From Isurus oxyrinchus (taxonomy: Eukaryota): a stretch of DNA of 64,000 bases. Below the pieces are notes generated by a model. It was not told where the DNA came from. It was given only the letters and a program-made list of their open reading frames with translations, and searched no databases. The stretch covers positions 248,001 to 312,000 of the forward strand of contig JANJGN010000210.1 of NCBI GenBank assembly GCA_026770705.1. Direction: 5' to 3'. Each line of letters begins with the position of its first letter. The stretch's first letter is position 1. The translations under genes and the position numbers were made by a program. Shown here piece after piece: positions 59,835 through 64,000 of the stretch.

Positions 59835-61040
59835 CGAACATGCAAAATTGGAGAATAACTAGGTCATTCAGCCCCTTGAGCCCACTCCGCCATTCAATAT
59901 AATCGTGACTGATTACTTGCATTTCAAATTCCACATTCCCATCTACCCCCGATAAACTTTGATTCCTGTGCCTAACAAGAATTTATCTACCTCTGCCTTA
60001 AAAATATTTAATGACTCTACCACCACTGACTTCTGAGGCAGGGAGTTCCAGAGTCCTCAGGGGAAAAAAAATCTCCTCATCTCTGTCCTAAAAGGGTGCC
60101 TCCTAATTTCAAAACAATGCCCCTAGTTCTGGACTCACCCACAAGAGGAAACATCCTTTGCATATCCAACTTTTCAAGACCATTCAGGATCTTATATACT
60201 TCAATTAAGTCACCCCTCCCTTTTCTAAATTCCAGTGGAAACAAGCCCAGACTGTCCAACCTATCCTCAAAAGACAACCCGCTCATCCAGGTATCAATCT
60301 AGTAAATCTCCTTTGAACCATCTCCAATGCATTTACATCTTTCTTTAAATAAGGGGACCAAAAACTGCACACTGTATTCGATATGTGGTCTCACCAATGC
60401 CCTGTATAACTGAAGCATAACATCCTTGCTTTGATGTTCAATTCCTCTCGTAATATAGAAAATCATTCCCTTAGCCTTCTTAACTACTTGCTGTACCTGC
60501 ATATTAACTTTTTGTGCCTCATGCACTAGAACACCTAGATCCCTCTGCACCTTGGAATTCTGCAGTCATTCTCCATTTAAGTAACACTCTGCTTTTTTAT
60601 TCTTCCTGCCAAAGTGAACAACTTCACATTTTCCCACATTATACTCCATTTGCCAGATCTCTGCCCAATCACTCAGCCTATCTATATGCATCTGCAACCT
60701 CCTTATGTCCTCTTCACAACATACATTCCTACATATCTTCATGTCATCTGCAAATTTAGCCACAATGGCTTCTCTCCCCTCATCTAAGTCATTGATATCA
60801 ATTGTAAAAAGTTGAGGTGCCAGCTCAGGTCCTGTGGGACTCCACTCATCACATCCTGCCAATCAGACAAAGACCAATTTATGCATACTCTCTGTTTTCT
60901 GCCAGCCAGCCAATATTTTATCCATACTAACATGTTACATCCTACACCATGAGCTTTTATTTGTCGCGATAACCTTTGATGTGGCATTTTATCAAATGCC
61001 TTCTGGAAATCCAAGTACAGTATGTCTACAGGCTCCCCTT
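59835..61040 (-). mobile_element. Degenerate CR1-type LINE with RT remnants, apparently nested in an L2-like fragment
   Basis: YLDFQKAFDKMPH, SGVPQ, KFADD and LYRALVRPHIEY in broken ORFs. Confidence 0.85.
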
Positions 61041-61899
61041 TATCATCACCAAGACTGCCCATTTCCACATCAGTATCATCCAACTCCATCCTCGTTTCAG
61101 TTGCTCTGAGGCTGAAATTCTTATCTATTCATTTGTTAACTATAGACTTAACTATCCTAACGCAATCCCAGCCGGCCTCCCAGTTGAAACCTCCCTGTGA
61201 GCTTGTGGTCATTCAAAACTCTGCTGCCCATGTGCTTACTCCACCAAGTCTTGTTCACTCATCAGCATTGTGCTTGCTGAGGTACAAAGTTTCCAGGCTA
61301 AGAAGCACTTAAATTTTAAATTTATCATTTTTGTTTTCAAATCTCTTCATGATATTGCTCCTTCCTATCTCTGTGATCTTCTCCAGCCTCATACCCTCCA
61401 AGATAATTCTTAAGACCTATCTCTGACCAAACTTTTGGTCATCTGCCAAAACATTTCCTTCTGTGGGCTCAGTGGCAAAAGTTGCTTCATAAAACTCCTG
61501 TGAAACACTTTGGAGTTTTCTATTAAACGAAAGGCGCCATATAAACACACATTATTGTTGTTGATTTGGACATGTCACCTTTCCTTCATCATCACTGAGT
61601 GAAATTCCTGTAACTCCTTATCTCACAGAAATGTGGGAGCAGTTTCATCACACAGAATGCAAAAGTTCAAGGTCAAGCATCATCTTCACTGGTAACAGTA
61701 TTATACAATTCTATGACTCAATGATTCTTTACAGACATTCTCTGTTCATCAGCATGTTCTCTTGCTTTTTAAGCACTCCATACTCAGTCATTATTTCCTT
61801 CATTTGCAGACATTTCCTGACAATCACCATTTTTAGAGACGCTTCCTAACCTTTATCACTTTCTCTCCATTTACAGACGCTTCCTGAATGAGCTGACAT

Positions 61900-62255
61900 T
61901 GCACATGCGCTGGGGCCTCGCCCGACTCACTCCAAAGTCAGACCTGAGCGGGAGAAACCGGGAAGTCAGGGATAATGTTTACGGTTTCTAGTCGCGTCCT
62001 AAGTAGAAAATGTTGCTGGTTTTATTTTGGGCTTTGGATCCGCACTCGGTCTTTGTAAACCCTCCATTTTAAACCCACTCTCTCCAGCACTCTTACCGTC
62101 CGTCGCCATGTCCTGCGCATGCTCAGATCACAATGCCCGAGACTGATTGACGGCAACTCGGGACCAATAGGAAGAGGGGGCGGGACTGGATGACCAAGCG
62201 AAAGTGGCTAGTCTTCCAACCAGTTGGAGTGAATGAGGGGCGGGGCTGAATCCGG
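61900..62255 (-). promoter_or_regulatory. Housekeeping-type promoter-like module (GC boxes, CCAAT, NRF1-like, ETS-like)
   Basis: GGGGCGGG twice, CCAAT, TGCGCATGCTCA, CCGGGAAGT, local CpG enrichment; a minus-strand GTGAGT donor at 61925-61930. Confidence 0.4.
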
Positions 62256-63239
62256 ATCTTCCTCATTGCCAGAAACTGCATCATTTTGAAAGCTGATTTG
62301 TCTCAAACTCCAGGAGAAAACTGGACCTTTCTGTTTGTGGCTTTAAACAGATGAACCTGTCCACACCTGTGGGTGTGGAGCAAATATTTCAACATTTGTT
62401 GCTGAACTGGATTCAGTCAGGACAGGCAGCAGGAATTATTTCGGGAAATGACAGGGCGTAGTGATTGTTTCTCTTTGAATTTGGAGAAAAGTGTGAATTA
62501 GTGGAAGAATTCGCAGGCTGCTTAACTCCCCTTCTGGGTTTGGAGCCATTTAATTTCAGCCGATTTGTTGTTCCGGCATTAGCCGAGAGAGTTTGATCAG
62601 CTCACACAATGGGAGAGAACAGTCAGAACCGCCGGATACACCTATCCTGCCTGATGTCAACTCAGAATGAGCTGGAGAGCCGTCTTCACTCACCAGGTGT
62701 CTGCAGAGGAGTTTCTGGCTCAGAGGCGGGAATGTTTCATTTTTATTAATAACCCTAAATCCCTCAAGTTCCATTGAACTGGCAGGGCCTTTTCATTTCT
62801 ATATCCATTTCATTGCTTAAATAAAGCCTTGATTTTATGTTTGCAGCTTAATGGTGACACTTACATAATCTAAACACCTCCTTCCTTGTGGGAGTGCAGA
62901 ACTACAGTAGCTGCAGAAGCCACACCCTTTGTCTATTCTCTACCAAGCCTCTCCTCAACCCCTCAGAATCAAACTATTCCTATCTTTGTCCAGTATTTTC
63001 ATTATCCTACAATGAAAGGCCTCTGTTTATAATGCTTAGTTATTGTGAATCTAATAAAGCTGATCCAATAGTGATTCTAATTCAGTTTGCATTATGTTTA
63101 ATCTTGGGCTATTATGTCTGCCGCTATTTCTGTTTCATCTTCATGTTCAGTCTGGCTTCCCTGGAATGAACTTTCTGTGGTCGTCTGTGTGTATTCTCTC
63201 AGTGCCCAAGTGCCTGTGTTAGTTGATGTTTAATACTTC

Positions 63240-63560
63240 GTCTGCAGCCTCTCAATTCAAGGATGACATCTCCTCAGGGTGGTGAGTTTCTGCCATGGGT
63301 CTTCTTGTGAATGAACAGACTGATTCTTGACCTGCAGATATTTGGACTCATGGGGCAGGACATCCATGAAGTATTGGGATCTGGACCACAACATTTGATT
63401 CCACTTCTCTGCTGCTGCTGTGCCTCATCATGAAAACACTGTGACTAAGAGTGTGATGCAGCTTGATGGATAAGTTGTCGCCATTCTGACCAGTTGGTAG
63501 AAAGCTCCTCCAGGTCATTAAAGTCAATGCTGCTGCACTTCAAGGTGGACAGGCTGCAGA
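63240..63560 (-). mobile_element. RTE-like LINE 3' remnant (related pieces about 16430-16780 and 57060-57430)
   Basis: DLEELSTNWSEWRQLIHQAASH resembles an RTE C-terminus; shared nucleotide blocks between the three sites. Confidence 0.55.
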
Positions 63561-64000
63561 AAATTGGTTTGTATTTCATGAAATATTGAAATTTCAGGGG
63601 TGATATGATGCTGTTTTTTAAAATGACCAATGTGTTTGTGAGGGTAGATACAGGGAAAACATTTGCTCTGCAGGCAATTCGAGAACAAGGGGGCAGAATC
63701 AAAACAGTAGAACCTGGAGAGAAATCAGGAACAACGTGTTCAGACAAGCGTTGTGGGAATCAGGACCAACCTCCCCAAAAAGCTGTGAATGCTGGAGGTC
63801 AATTGAATTCTTCAAGACATGAATAGTTTGTATTTTGTTAAGCAAAGATATAAAAGTAATTTGATCAAAGATGGGAAAAGGGAGTTGTGTGAATAGAATG
63901 GTGGAGCAGGTTTGAGGGGCTGAATGGCCTGCTTCTGTTCCTATGTGCTGGTTGCTACGCCTCTAGCAATGAGTACCCAAGAAAGGTGGCAGTTTGTAAT

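Noticed and set aside
1-64000. TCR or Ig constant exons, D-delta/J-delta/J-alpha, or IgH-like V (TAILV) segments
   Set aside because: No C1-set exon, FGxG J or VH-like framework was recognised by eye; a profile search could still find decayed ones.

Overview
This is vertebrate genomic DNA, almost certainly a cartilaginous fish (shark), from the V region of the T-cell receptor alpha/delta locus. It holds three NAR-TCR cassettes, each an IgNAR-like V, a D, a J and a leaderless supporting TCR-delta V. One is on the + strand in split V/D/J form (36243-40755) with an intact V and D but a deleted J. The other two are copies of an inverted, pseudogenised cassette (7691-13084 and 48338-53745). The 3' end of a fourth supporting V lies at the window start. 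There is one intact conventional TCR Valpha/delta (26047-26553) and several V pseudogenes with 23-RSSs. A recent segmental duplication of at least 17.7 kb (1-17704 vs 40565-58382) explains most paired features. The most striking observation is that in the inverted cassettes the NAR V is fused in the germline to the 3' end of the D. The V 23-RSS, V-D spacer and D 5' RSS are gone, and the junction carries an 18-bp near-perfect palindrome resembling long P-nucleotides, suggesting an inherited RAG-type V-D join in a TCR gene. The rest is CR1/L2/RTE-type LINE fragments, tRNA-derived SINEs, Penelope-like ends with minimal hammerhead motifs, a G-rich TGCA/octamer-like repeat, microsatellites, CTCF-like motifs, a tRNA-Val pseudogene pair and an assembly gap. 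All calls were made by eye; no database searches were run.
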